From a virus (taxonomy: Duplodnaviria; Caudoviricetes): a stretch of DNA of 55,443 bases. The stretch covers positions 1 to 55,443 of the IMG/VR virus record IMGVR_UViG_3300023202_000273; one strand, given 5' to 3'. This document shows, one piece after another, positions 14,954 through 25,200 of the stretch. How positions within the stretch are numbered: position 1 is the stretch's first letter; each line of letters begins with the position of its first letter. Under the pieces are notes generated by a model. The model was not told the origin of the DNA. It did not search any database and saw only the letters and a program-made list of their open reading frames with translations. A program made the position numbers and the translations under genes.

Positions 14954-15865
14954 ATGGCTAAGTTAACCAAATCTCATCATGATGTAAGCGACTGCCAGAC
15001 AATTGCAGACGTACTGGACTACGTCGGCGGCAATTTTATTGCTGAGGAGGTGCCGTTGATAACCGCGAATGGTATTGACGTTCCGCGCCACAAGGCGGTC
15101 ATCCGCCCGGACAACGGCACTGTGCTGGGCGTCGTCGGCAACCGGTACGTTACAATCCAAAACAGCACAGCGTTTTCTTTGTTGGACACGATCGTACAAT
15201 CCTACAACGGGCGGTATACCCACGCATGGGATGTCGGCGGTGGACAGCAAACTATCATCCAAGCGGAGACCGACGAGTCTGTCGATATCGGTGGTGGGGA
15301 CATCGTTCAGGGCAACATCACGGCGATCAATTCTCACGACGGATCCAGCAGTTTGAGGATCTGGTTCACCCCGGTACGGCTGGTGTGTCTCAACGCCCTG
15401 GCGGCATCGTTGCGCCGTAAAACCCATCAGTTCGCGATCCGCCATTCGGCGACCGCAGAGTCCCGCGCAGCAGAGGCGGCGAAGATTATCTGCCAACAAT
15501 CAGAGTATCTGGAGATTTTTCGCGATAAGGCCCGTGCGCTTAAAAACAAAGCAATCGATGCCGGGATCGTCGAAAAATTCCTGAGCGAGGTAATAGGCGA
15601 CCCTGCAAGAGGCGTCGACTCAGACGGCACTCCGAAAGAGTCTGCCCGCATCCGCAACCAACATGATGCAATCACCGATCTGATCAAAAATGGAAAAGGG
15701 AACAGCGGCGAATCGCTCTGGGACGCCTACAACGGAGTGACCGAGTATATCGACCACCACAAAGGATCTGACGCCGGGGACCGTGGGGTGAGCGCAATAA
15801 TCGGCAACGGCAACGCGATCAAAAAACGCGCGTGGAATGTGGCCCAGTCGCTGGCCACTGCGTGA
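14954..15865 (+). CDS. DUF932 phage/plasmid protein
   Basis: LGVVGNRYVTIQN, NSHDGSSSL, TPVRLVCLN, IRHS and SLWDAYNGVTEYIDH motifs. Confidence 0.9.
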   Translation: MAKLTKSHHDVSDCQTIADVLDYVGGNFIAEEVPLITANGIDVPRHKAVIRPDNGTVLGVVGNRYVTIQNSTAFSLLDTIVQSYNGRYTHAWDVGGGQQTIIQAETDESVDIGGGDIVQGNITAINSHDGSSSLRIWFTPVRLVCLNALAASLRRKTHQFAIRHSATAESRAAEAAKIICQQSEYLEIFRDKARALKNKAIDAGIVEKFLSEVIGDPARGVDSDGTPKESARIRNQHDAITDLIKNGKGNSGESLWDAYNGVTEYIDHHKGSDAGDRGVSAIIGNGNAIKKRAWNVAQSLATA

Positions 15866-15868
15866 CGT

Positions 15869-15911
15869 TTGACAACTTGTATGACACAGTGTATATTTAC
15901 TGTGTCATACA
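15869..15911 (+). promoter_or_regulatory. Sigma70 promoter overlapped by a 13-bp inverted-repeat operator
   Basis: TTGACA (15869)-17 nt-TATATT (15892). TGTATGACACAGT and ACTGTGTCATACA flank the -10 box. Confidence 0.75.
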
Positions 15912-15932
15912 TTTTAACCATCAGGAGGCATT

Positions 15933-16154
15933 ATGTCACGCAGTGACAACAAAATGGTACGGCTCACCCCGGAGGCACATCAGCGCCTGACCGATCTGGT
16001 CAAAAAAGTAAACGCGTACAGGGGTGCTGGTGCCGTCAGATTGCGCCACCAGCATGTCGTATCACGAGCAATTGACGTTCTGGACAAATACATCTGCCCC
16101 GAGTGCGGTGGGGTGTGCCCTGCAAAAGCATGCCCATGCTCGTCGGATTTTTGA
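15933..16154 (+). CDS. Ribbon-helix-helix-like regulator with C-terminal CxxC
   Basis: KMVRLTPEAHQRL strand-helix pattern; AGGAGG RBS. Confidence 0.55.
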   Translation: MSRSDNKMVRLTPEAHQRLTDLVKKVNAYRGAGAVRLRHQHVVSRAIDVLDKYICPECGGVCPAKACPCSSDF

Positions 16155-16172
16155 ACATAATTATTTTGAGAG

Positions 16173-17126
16173 GTGATAAAAGTGAAATACACAAACTTTT
16201 TCGGGTTGCCGCGGAGCATCACCGAGGCCCTGACGTATGACTCTTATGACCTGACAAATGCGCCGGCAAATGTGCTGTCAGTGACAACCATCATCGGTCC
16301 GCCGAAATACGAAACCCTCAAATCGCGGCATCGTGACGAGGTTGTGGAGGACGCATCGGACCGGGTGTGGACCCTGCTCGGTAACAACGTACACCACATC
16401 CTGCAGTCGCGTACCAATGGGGAGTACCTGTCCGAGGAGCGGTGGTATCTGGACCTCAAAAGTTTTGATGTCTACACACTGCCGTATAAGGCAAAACTCA
16501 CCGACACCGACTGGTACAAAAAAAATTTGTGGTATCTAAGCGGCAAATTTGACTCGTACGACGGCGAGTCACTGGCGGTCGAGGACTACAAGGTCACGTC
16601 GGTATACGCCCTCAAGGGGGCGCAGCGGGGAGAAAAACCTGAGTGGGGACGGCAGCTCAACATTTATGCATATGTGCTCAATCTTCTCAAGTTTGAGGTC
16701 AAGGCAATCAGAAACATTCTGATCTTGCGCGACTGGAGCCAGTCTAAATCGAAGACCGAGTCAGACTACCCACAGTGCCAGGTAGGCATTGTCGAGCACC
16801 CGCTGGAGTCACCCGGTGATGTTAAAACCTACATCCTCGAACGTGCCCGCCTGCACTATCAGTCACGCCTGACCGACGACGACGATATCCCGGAATGCAC
16901 TCCGGCGGAACGCTGGAAACGGGAATCTGTCTATGCCATCCATGCCAAGGGAAAGAAGCGGGCGATCAAACTGCACAGCTCTAAAGCCGATGCGGAGGCG
17001 GATTTGGCTGCCAGACAGGCCACCACAAAGGATAAACTGTACATCGGTTTTCGAGGGGGGGCCGAGACACGATGCTCCGACTACTGTAATTTCAAACAAT
17101 TCTGCCATTTCGGGAGGGAACTATGA
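16173..17126 (+). CDS. PD-(D/E)XK (Cas4-like) exonuclease
   Basis: LGNNVH, SGKFD, EDYK, QLNIY and C-terminal RCSDYCNFKQFC. Confidence 0.8.
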   Translation: MIKVKYTNFFGLPRSITEALTYDSYDLTNAPANVLSVTTIIGPPKYETLKSRHRDEVVEDASDRVWTLLGNNVHHILQSRTNGEYLSEERWYLDLKSFDVYTLPYKAKLTDTDWYKKNLWYLSGKFDSYDGESLAVEDYKVTSVYALKGAQRGEKPEWGRQLNIYAYVLNLLKFEVKAIRNILILRDWSQSKSKTESDYPQCQVGIVEHPLESPGDVKTYILERARLHYQSRLTDDDDIPECTPAERWKRESVYAIHAKGKKRAIKLHSSKADAEADLAARQATTKDKLYIGFRGGAETRCSDYCNFKQFCHFGREL

Positions 17127-17611
17127 TTTTTGGCAAAGACTACGGATACAACGTCAAGGACACCATAACGGCGCTCAAGGACAACACCCTGCTCATCGTC
17201 ACCGTAGAGGTGTGGGCCCCAGAGATACGATACACAACGGCTCTCAGTGTCCCGCTGGTGCACCGCGACGAGACCGGTGCGATCAAATACAACCGTGATG
17301 CTCTGCCGCAGGCCCTGTCGGATGAGATTCAGGGAGCACTGAGCAAATCCAACCAACCAGATAAACCAGGGGATGACGAAAAGCGAGACGATCAGCCTGC
17401 TGCTGAGGAGTCTGCAGGCGATGGTGACCCGAACGTTGACCTCCTCAGACAATCGATGGTAAAACGTTTCGGGGACAACGCAGAAGCAGGTAGAGATTTT
17501 ATTAAAAAAGCGACGGCATTTGGAAAATTCCAGGGTAAAAGCGGCATCGCCCAGCTCAAACCGGCTGAGGTACGCAAAGTACTCAAAAAACTCGAGGTTG
17601 ACCCGGTATGA
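17123..17611 (+). CDS. Hypothetical protein in the recombination module
   Basis: ATGA-coupled on both sides. Confidence 0.6.
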   Translation: MIFGKDYGYNVKDTITALKDNTLLIVTVEVWAPEIRYTTALSVPLVHRDETGAIKYNRDALPQALSDEIQGALSKSNQPDKPGDDEKRDDQPAAEESAGDGDPNVDLLRQSMVKRFGDNAEAGRDFIKKATAFGKFQGKSGIAQLKPAEVRKVLKKLEVDPV

Positions 17612-18006
17612 GGATGCTGATCGATGGCAACGATGGTAAAACCGAAGCACTCGCGGCAATCCGTGCACTCGATGGCAAGTACATTGTCGAAATAAAGCGA
17701 CACCGAAAAACACGGTCCACGGACCAGAATAATCTGTACTGGGGACGACTGAGGTGCCTGTCTGACTACACCGGGTACACAGCCGAAGAGCTACACGATC
17801 TTTTTAGGCACGAGTTTCTCGGCGAGGACCGTAAAATGGTACTCGATAAGCCGCTGTACACGATCAAAAGCACTACCACACTTGATACTAAAGAGTTCAC
17901 GGCATACATTGACAAAATCAAACTCTACTCGGCCGAAGAGATTGGTGTCTATCTACCCGACCCAGGTGAGCCTGACTATGACAATTTTGGTGCTCAGTAC
18001 ATGTGA
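17608..18006 (+). CDS. NinB/DUF1367-like recombination accessory protein
   Basis: KTRSTDQNNLYWG, EELHDLF and STTTLDTKEFTAYIDKI. Confidence 0.75.
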   Translation: MRMLIDGNDGKTEALAAIRALDGKYIVEIKRHRKTRSTDQNNLYWGRLRCLSDYTGYTAEELHDLFRHEFLGEDRKMVLDKPLYTIKSTTTLDTKEFTAYIDKIKLYSAEEIGVYLPDPGEPDYDNFGAQYM

Positions 18007-18014
18007 TAGTTTAT

Positions 18015-18032
18015 TTCGTGATGCGTACGTTG
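18015..18032 (+). other. Putative attI-like array entry site, copy 2
   Basis: TTCGTGATGCGTACGTTG. Confidence 0.6.
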
Positions 18033-18068
18033 TAGTCAATTAACCTAAAACATTGTAGGAGCGCAAAA

Positions 18069-18305
18069 ATGTATAAATGTAATGAATGCGGTGGGTTTCT
18101 TGAGGAGTTGGGTGATATGGCGGTGTCAGACGGTGGGTGCGTTTGCGCTCAGAAAAAAGCTGAGGAATCGGCTAACAGCCTACAACTGCTAAAGACTGAA
18201 ATTGCTCTTACTGTTAGCTCTATCGCAAGGGACACTTCTATTCCAGCGGTTGATCGGCTTGATAAAATTGTGATGTTTGTATACGAGCAACTATCATCCG
18301 TTTAG
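18069..18305 (+). CDS. Cassette-borne small Cys-containing protein
   Basis: AGGAG RBS; CNEC...CVC. The C-terminal half is encoded by the attC-like site. Confidence 0.65.
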   Translation: MYKCNECGGFLEELGDMAVSDGGCVCAQKKAEESANSLQLLKTEIALTVSSIARDTSIPAVDRLDKIVMFVYEQLSSV

Positions 18306-18318
18306 CGGGACGTTAGGT
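18180..18318 (+). other. attC-like site
   Basis: CTACAAC-T-GCTAAA...TTGCTC / GAGCAA...TTTAGC-GGGAC-GTTAGGT. CTACAAC is the exact complement of the cassette start GTTGTAG (18029-18035). Confidence 0.75.
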
Positions 18319-18323
18319 GAAAT

Positions 18324-18914
18324 ATGAAAAACTATGGAATTATAGGCGCGGATAAGACGGCGCGTCCTGTGCCGAAAATGCACAGAGCGTGGGCCATGCC
18401 TAACAGCCTCACGTTCAGTATCAAGCCTATCCGAGAGTTGATTGGCAGCGTCATTGTTGATTGTTTGAATGTTTGCGATCCATTCGTGCGCAATAGTCCG
18501 TTTAAAGCCCGGTGCGTGTCAAATGATTTAGACACAAGTGTTGAGGCGGATTTTCACATGGATGCACTCGATTTTCTCCGGTCGCGTTCCACCGCCGAGT
18601 TTGATGCGTTGCTATTCGACCCCCCGTATTCTCCGCGTCAAGTTTCGGAATGTTATAAGCGCATGGGCTTATCAGTCAACATGGCGACCACACAGGCATC
18701 GTTCTGGTCGAATCTCAAGCGGGAAATTCAGCGGGTCGTTATGCCGGGTGGGGTAGTTATTACGTGCGGCTGGAACAGCGGCGGCATCGGTAAAAAATAC
18801 GGGTTTGCCATAGAGCAGATTTTACTTGTCGCCCACGGAGGCTGGCACAACGATACTATTTGCACCGTCGAAAGGCGGCGCACGTCCTGTGCGCAAGAAT
18901 CCGCGCAGGAATAA
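18324..18914 (+). CDS. Amino (N6-adenine-type) DNA methyltransferase
   Basis: DPF, NDL, DALDFL, FDPPYS and HGGWHNDTICTVE motifs. Confidence 0.85.
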   Translation: MKNYGIIGADKTARPVPKMHRAWAMPNSLTFSIKPIRELIGSVIVDCLNVCDPFVRNSPFKARCVSNDLDTSVEADFHMDALDFLRSRSTAEFDALLFDPPYSPRQVSECYKRMGLSVNMATTQASFWSNLKREIQRVVMPGGVVITCGWNSGGIGKKYGFAIEQILLVAHGGWHNDTICTVERRRTSCAQESAQE

Positions 18915-19096
18915 TATGGAAGGAGGTTTTCTACCCCGGTGCGGGGTGTTATGAACGAAGTCACCCAATCCCTGAAAAAGCGATTTACTTATACAAGGAG
19001 TCACCGGGAAAAGCCTGCAGCGATTGCGATAAATCGTAACCGCGCATGGATTGCAATGCATAAATAACAAATCACCATTTAACAAAAGAGGTTTTT

Positions 19097-19261
19097 ATGG
19101 ATTCTGTTTATATCGTTCAAACCGTAACTGATACCATTCGCGACAGCGCGGCAACCGCTGCGCAAAGCGGTAATGCCGAGTCGGTGTTATGGACCATTGC
19201 TGCGATACTTTCGACGATTACGATGACGATAGCGATTGTTGATTTTGTCAACACTCCCTAA
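19097..19261 (+). CDS. Small single-pass membrane protein (54 aa, not in the ORF track)
   Basis: MDSVYIVQTVTDTIRDSAATAAQSGNAESVLWTIAAILSTITMTIAIVDFVNTP; GAGG RBS. Confidence 0.55.
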   Translation: MDSVYIVQTVTDTIRDSAATAAQSGNAESVLWTIAAILSTITMTIAIVDFVNTP

Positions 19262-19290
19262 GCCTCGGTGTGTGCATACCGTCATGGCGC

Positions 19291-22200
19291 CTATTCTTCG
19301 GATGATCCCAGAATGCGTTTGTTGTACTGCCGGTTAAGGTTATCTGTGAGCTTCTCTATGTTTTCGTCAATGTTTTTGACGGCGTCCATATCGTTGTGCT
19401 CATATGCTGCCCGCCGGCGCTTTTTTTGCTCCCTGATCTTGCTCTCGATTCCAGATACGATCGATCTTCCCTTGCTCGGTTTTCTTGTCATGATCAAAGC
19501 CTGACGATTGCGCTTCCCGAATGCCTCGGCTTTTTTGCGCTCGCCGTTTGCAACGAGATTGTCATACTCAGCCCGGATCCGTTTTAGCTCTACCAGTCTA
19601 TCATACATGAGCGATTGATCATACCAGCTCTCGATCTCTCCATAATACCTGCGGACAATAGGCACATTTCGCGGCGCCGGTGCTTTTTTTGATACGGCGT
19701 TGTTTAGCAGATTTACAGACCGCTCAATGGTTTTCCCGACCCCGCCGGTCATGTATTCATACACGTACTCAACGCCCTCCGGGGATATGTCCAGTAAACC
19801 ATGCCGGTATTCGCTCCCGCCGGTCAGTTCATTGAGAGCCTGCAAAGGCTTGGTGTACACATCAGGTGTCGTCGCCTTGGCCGAATGTGCGCGGGATTTC
19901 TCGGGTCCGAATTTTTGCTCCAGCCATATGTCACGGCCGATAAAGTTTTTGTTGAGACCCAAGTCAACCATGAGGCGACCAGCCGTCGGGGTAACGGTCT
20001 GCAATAGCGTGCTGGCTGATCCGATGGGAGAAAATGTTGCTGCCGCGGTCGTGAGCAGCCCTTTAGTGGCATCTGCCAGTTTCCGGCGGTTGTGCACACC
20101 ATGGTCAATGGCCTGTCCGATCGCCCAAAACAAATTGTACCCGTACGGCAGCGGTATTTTTGCGTAACGACCATTAGTCATCGGGATAATAAAATTGTGG
20201 GCTTTTTCCCATGCCGGTATTTTATCATAATGATTCATCTCATCGTCATCGTCTCCCATCACCATCCTGGACAACTGCGCCATTGCGAGCGACCCAACCA
20301 CGGCGGCTCCTGCAATTGCCTGCACTCGGGGGTTGCGCATGGCCTGCAGCATACGGATGTTGCCCTGTATCGAGGCATTGGAAAACACATAAAGCGCGTT
20401 AACCATCGTTCCAAGCTCGCCCTTTTTATTAAAATTGACAGTAATCCCCTTTGCGATTGCGGCCGACTTCGCCTTCGAGACACCCATCTCACGCATCGCC
20501 CGGTAAACCGACAAGCGAGACGCGTTCTCAACCGCTGAATTCAACCGGCTGACGTAATCACCGGCGCTCCGATACATGCGTTTAATCGATGTCACATTTC
20601 CGGGCTCCAGCATTTCAACCGATTTGATGAGGCGCTTCTGTATATCGTCGACTTCGTTCAGTCCAAAAAACCCGATCCGGCCGCCAGCCTCGTCGAATTC
20701 CTTGTACCATTTTGCCCACCCTCCGCGCATATCTCCGCCCTGTGCCCTATAGGCGCCCTTGATAGACCCCGGGATACCCCGGATGGTTTTTATGACCGCC
20801 TTAGCAGCCTCAGCATTGTCGAGACCTTCCAGGCCTCCAACATTGGCAATGGCGGTCTGCACGTCCCTGGTTAGATTCGTCAAAACGAACTCAGGATTCA
20901 ACTGCGTGTTTATCGCCGCGATGTACCGGTTCCACTGTGCCGACATCTGCAGGATCTTATTCGCCCGGTCTGCCCCCAGGTTAACCATGGCCCGAGCCAG
21001 AGCCGGATCATTTATCCGGATATGGTGCTCAACCCCGTCACGCTTAACAACCATCACATTATCGTCAATTTTTGTATCGACAACCTCCTCAACCTCACCA
21101 GTAACCGGGTTGAGGCGGCGTGTCATCTGCGGAGTATCAACATCCCACAGATTAACGGTGCGGTATTTGCCGTTCTCTTTTATGCGAGTTTTTACACCCT
21201 GGTTTTGGGTGGCATAGTCCAAAAACGATTGCCCGACCCGGTTTTTCTCAGCCCTGACTATGGCGTCGGATAACTGTGTGATCGAATTCGCAATGATATT
21301 TTCGGCCATCGAGCGCCGTCCCAATGCCCGCTTAGACTCCGGGCCCCGAATGGAAAAACCTCTTCCAATGCCTCCGCCACGAGTGCTGGATACATATTTC
21401 GTGGGGTATATCCCACGCTGGTCAAGATCGCGCTCGGCTTTCTGAGCGTCCCCCTTGTATTTTTTCAGCGCCTTTTCATGCTCTACGACATAATCGTCAT
21501 CCTCATATAGTGATATCCCACGCAGCGGGACATAGTTCTCGTAGTTCTCCCACGCCGCAAGCGTCTCTTCGCTTATGTTGCCTGCATCGGAGAGTATTTT
21601 TCGTGTGCGGCGGTTGATGTCATAAACCATCTCGGCGAGGCGGTCGTACTGTGCCTGTTTACCAGACTCACGGACCTGCTGCAAAATATTTTCGGCGTCC
21701 GCGTCACTCATGCCTGACCCGCTGGACATATCAGGATTTATCTCTGCGATCGCCTCGTTGCGTTCCTGTGCATGCCGAGCATACAGGTACGTCTCTAAAT
21801 CATGCATCGGTATCCCGTAGCTGTGTATGCGCTTAACCAATGGGTCAACAATGGTCCGATTGATGTCGTCCACCTGCGAGGCGACTTTACCATGCATGAT
21901 AGTCTGCTGCAACATCGCGTCCTGGGCTTCATTGGCCGGCGGGATGTATTTCTGGATCTCCTCGAGTCGGGAAAATTTTTCAACAACCTTGCGGGTAAGA
22001 TACCCCTTGTACGTCTCCATGGGCACCCACCTGACCGGAGCAGTGCGCTCCTCGGTCATGGTTTTGCGCTGGAACATCGGCTGTCCGTCCATGTCGCGCA
22101 TCCGGTCATTAACTACAACCGTAAACTGTGGGCCATTCCCAAGGTCGATTGTCGTGGTCTCAGCGCCAAACTGTTTTTTAACGTACTTCTTTGTCCACGT

Positions 22201-25200
22201 CGGAAGCTTTTTGTCATACAGATTAACAGCCCACTCCGGAGGTGGAGAATCCTTGATCTCTTCCTCCGTCAAATTCTTGTTGTCTTTGGCCAGCAGTTTC
22301 TCTGTCAAATCCTTGCCAATGTATTTCGGCAGCTCTGACTCAGGCACTGTCACATTGATCGGAGTATCCTGTCCGACTCTTATTGCAGTCAGTTCGTTGG
22401 TCTCCGGGTTGTACTTAATCCCCGTAATGTCAAGACCATACATGTCCTGAACTGTTTTTGAATTCGGGAATGACACGTACTCTTTGTCAGCCCCGTCGGC
22501 CAATGCACGCTTTACACCTAACTCCATCCAGTTGTTTGCAAAGGGGAAGTCTTCGACCACTTTGTCTTTTAAGCGCATGTCATCCCGCGTAGCCATTTCT
22601 GACCGGGCATAGAGATCTGCATCAATCTCAAACTCCTCGCGATTCATCTTTTTATGCCAGTCATCCCCGTACTTGTCGCGCATCTTGTCGCGGTAATCTT
22701 TGAGATCCTCCTCAGCCTTCTCGATCTTTCTCAGAGACTCAGCCTTCTTTTTATCGAACAACTTATGCTCCCGCAGCTCTTTCGCCCAGTCGCTCTGTAC
22801 CTCCTCGACATTGAGCACATTGCTGACGATGGCTTTGCCATCAAACCCTCGGGCGCGAGCATAATGTTCAGCCTCAGCCTCAGTGACGGCACCCTTCCTG
22901 ACAGCCACATCAGGGCCGCCAGATCCAACAGAGGCAGAGGATTTCGCTCCAACAGCTTTGGCTATCCGGGAGGCAATATCAACAATATTTGGGTAATGTT
23001 TTCTCTCAGTGGTCCTAATGTGGACAATGACATCTCCCTCTACCCAGTGGATTTCGGGTGGCGTGTAGCTGTATGGCCCCTCTGCGGTCAATAATGTCTC
23101 GCTGTAGTTCTCATACTTTCCAGGGGCGACATAGTCCTCGTGCAGTGCAGCGTAATCGCGGTCTTCGTCAATGTTCGCCCACTCTAAAGCGTCCTCAAGA
23201 GTGCCCTGAAAATCAGTCATTGTTTGATAATCGTCATCATCGATCATGTGCTCGGAAGTTATGGCCAAAGTATTATCATTAACATAATCAACCTCAAAGC
23301 CCTGATCATCCGCCCACGCCTCTAAAAGCCTAATCCCGGACCGCTTGTCAACCGTCCCTATGCGTAGGTTTTTCTTATTTTCGTGCAACTGGTTGAGCAA
23401 AGATGTTTTTGTCGTATCAGGGTTTTTTTCAAGATACTCAGATAGGCCAAGCGCGTCTATCTCAGATTGCTTAAGTCTCCCTTTTTTTATCATGCCCTTT
23501 ACAACATCGGCCACGCCTTTTTCCTGTGGGATGGCCTCGATTGCGGCGATGAGATCGGATTTCCATTTGCGCAGGTTGCGTAAGTACGTCGGCTGCGATA
23601 TATCAACGGGCGTTTTGACGGTGCTGAATTCAGAGTTCAGATCAGACAGGCTGCCCGTGAATTTTTCCAGGTTCTCCTTGCTGTCAGACGCGGCGTACCC
23701 CTTGAAGTTTCCGGAATCCCAGTACTGCGCCACATGGCCGAAATTGTCACGCAGCATATTCTCGAACTGTTCCGCCGATACCTGGTTTTTGTGCATCCCG
23801 ACCAAGACTTCTTCGGATTTTTCCGCCAGCTCTTTTTCGTCATAGTACTGGTCTTTAAACAAGTCCTTCTTGGCCTCGTTCTCAGCCCACTGGGCATCGT
23901 CATCGCTTTCCCGATAAAATTTCTCTTCGAATAGTGCCACACCGTCAGGTTTTAACACCTCTTTCACCTGCCCGATGTGCGTACCGCGATCATTAGAGAT
24001 GAACTGGAATGTCATCCCCTCGTGAGCGTAGTCAAATTTTTCTCCCGGGGAAAACGGCTCAACGACTGTGCCGTCTGGATCTGTCCATCCCTCTCCGAAT
24101 GGAGCATTGACAAACGTCGCCCCAGGAGCCTGTGGCTGATCCATGAATGTCTGCTCCATGGAATTGTTGGGGTCAACCGAAACCGTCTGGATTTTACCGT
24201 CTGATGCCGACGATATCGCTTTGCCCCACGATCCCTCAGATGCGCCTATGTCAACAACTCTGCCTGAGCCGAGGGATTTGACAATGGCATCTGCAACAGC
24301 CGGCTGGACCTCAAAGTATCCCGGGATGGATGTAGCGATGTGGCGATCGAAGTTTCCGATGTACTTTTTGCGGGTGTCCTGCAACGCTTTGGCAGGCTGA
24401 CCGAGATTAATGACAGGAGAGTACCCCCTCCAATTGGGGGTCCCCCTCCTGCCCTCAGTAACAGATGCGAAAAATTTATTAGATTTTAGAAATGTATCGC
24501 GCTTATCAGGTCCATCTTTTCTTTGGTCATCGGACCGCTCATAATCCGCTCGTACTCGGCCTCGGCCTTCAAGACCCTCTGCTTCAGCGGCGAATCCGGC
24601 CCGTTCTTGACCTTCTCGTACGCCTCCTTCGACGACGGGAACGGCTCTTTTTCTTGAGTAGGCTGGCCCTCCCCAGCGGTCTCGGTAGCTTTCGACGACT
24701 GCGGATATCTTCGGACTGAGAATCCCGTCAAGCCTTCTTTGTAGATCGGGGAATCCGGCGGCTCGTGCCTCACTGATATAATCCTGCCCATGTGGCCTTC
24801 CTTTCCAGTTTTCGTGCTCCGGCATGTCTCCCTCAGAGAAAAACCTCCCGATAGAGATATCGCCGGACACCGTATTTGAGATTATTTCTTCTGCCCCTTT
24901 GTACCAAGGGGTTTGGTTGTCCCCCTCGAATCGTACAATCCTGACCCCTCCCGGCGTCGGAATAACGCCGATCTTCTCCTCTGGCTTTCTGACTGCCCGC
25001 TCAAGAGCCTCCATCTCGGCGGGGGTAACGTCGCGGCCTAATTTAACCCATATCCCGTTTGCCGCTCTCTTGGATCGCCCAGGTAGCGGCATGTGCCACC
25101 CTACACCATCCTGGCGCAGGAAATATCCGTACATCGATGCTGCAGCGTTGAGCTGGTTTTTCGTGCCCTTGTCAACGCCTTGGTTAAACATCATCGGCGC

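Larger units (their letters stand above)
18015..19083 (+). mobile_element. Integron-like gene-cassette array 2 (no integrase)
   Basis: Entry motif at 18015-18032, attC-like site at 18180-18318, inner unit at 18339-18915, and end TCACCATTTAAC. Confidence 0.7.

Noticed and set aside
16173-17126. CRISPR-associated Cas4
   Set aside because: There are no other cas genes or array, and the context is a phage recombination module.
19077-19105. dif-like site ATTTAACAAAA-N7-TTATGGATTCT
   Set aside because: The spacer is 7 nt, the XerD arm is mismatched, and the sequence is explained by an RBS plus start codon.
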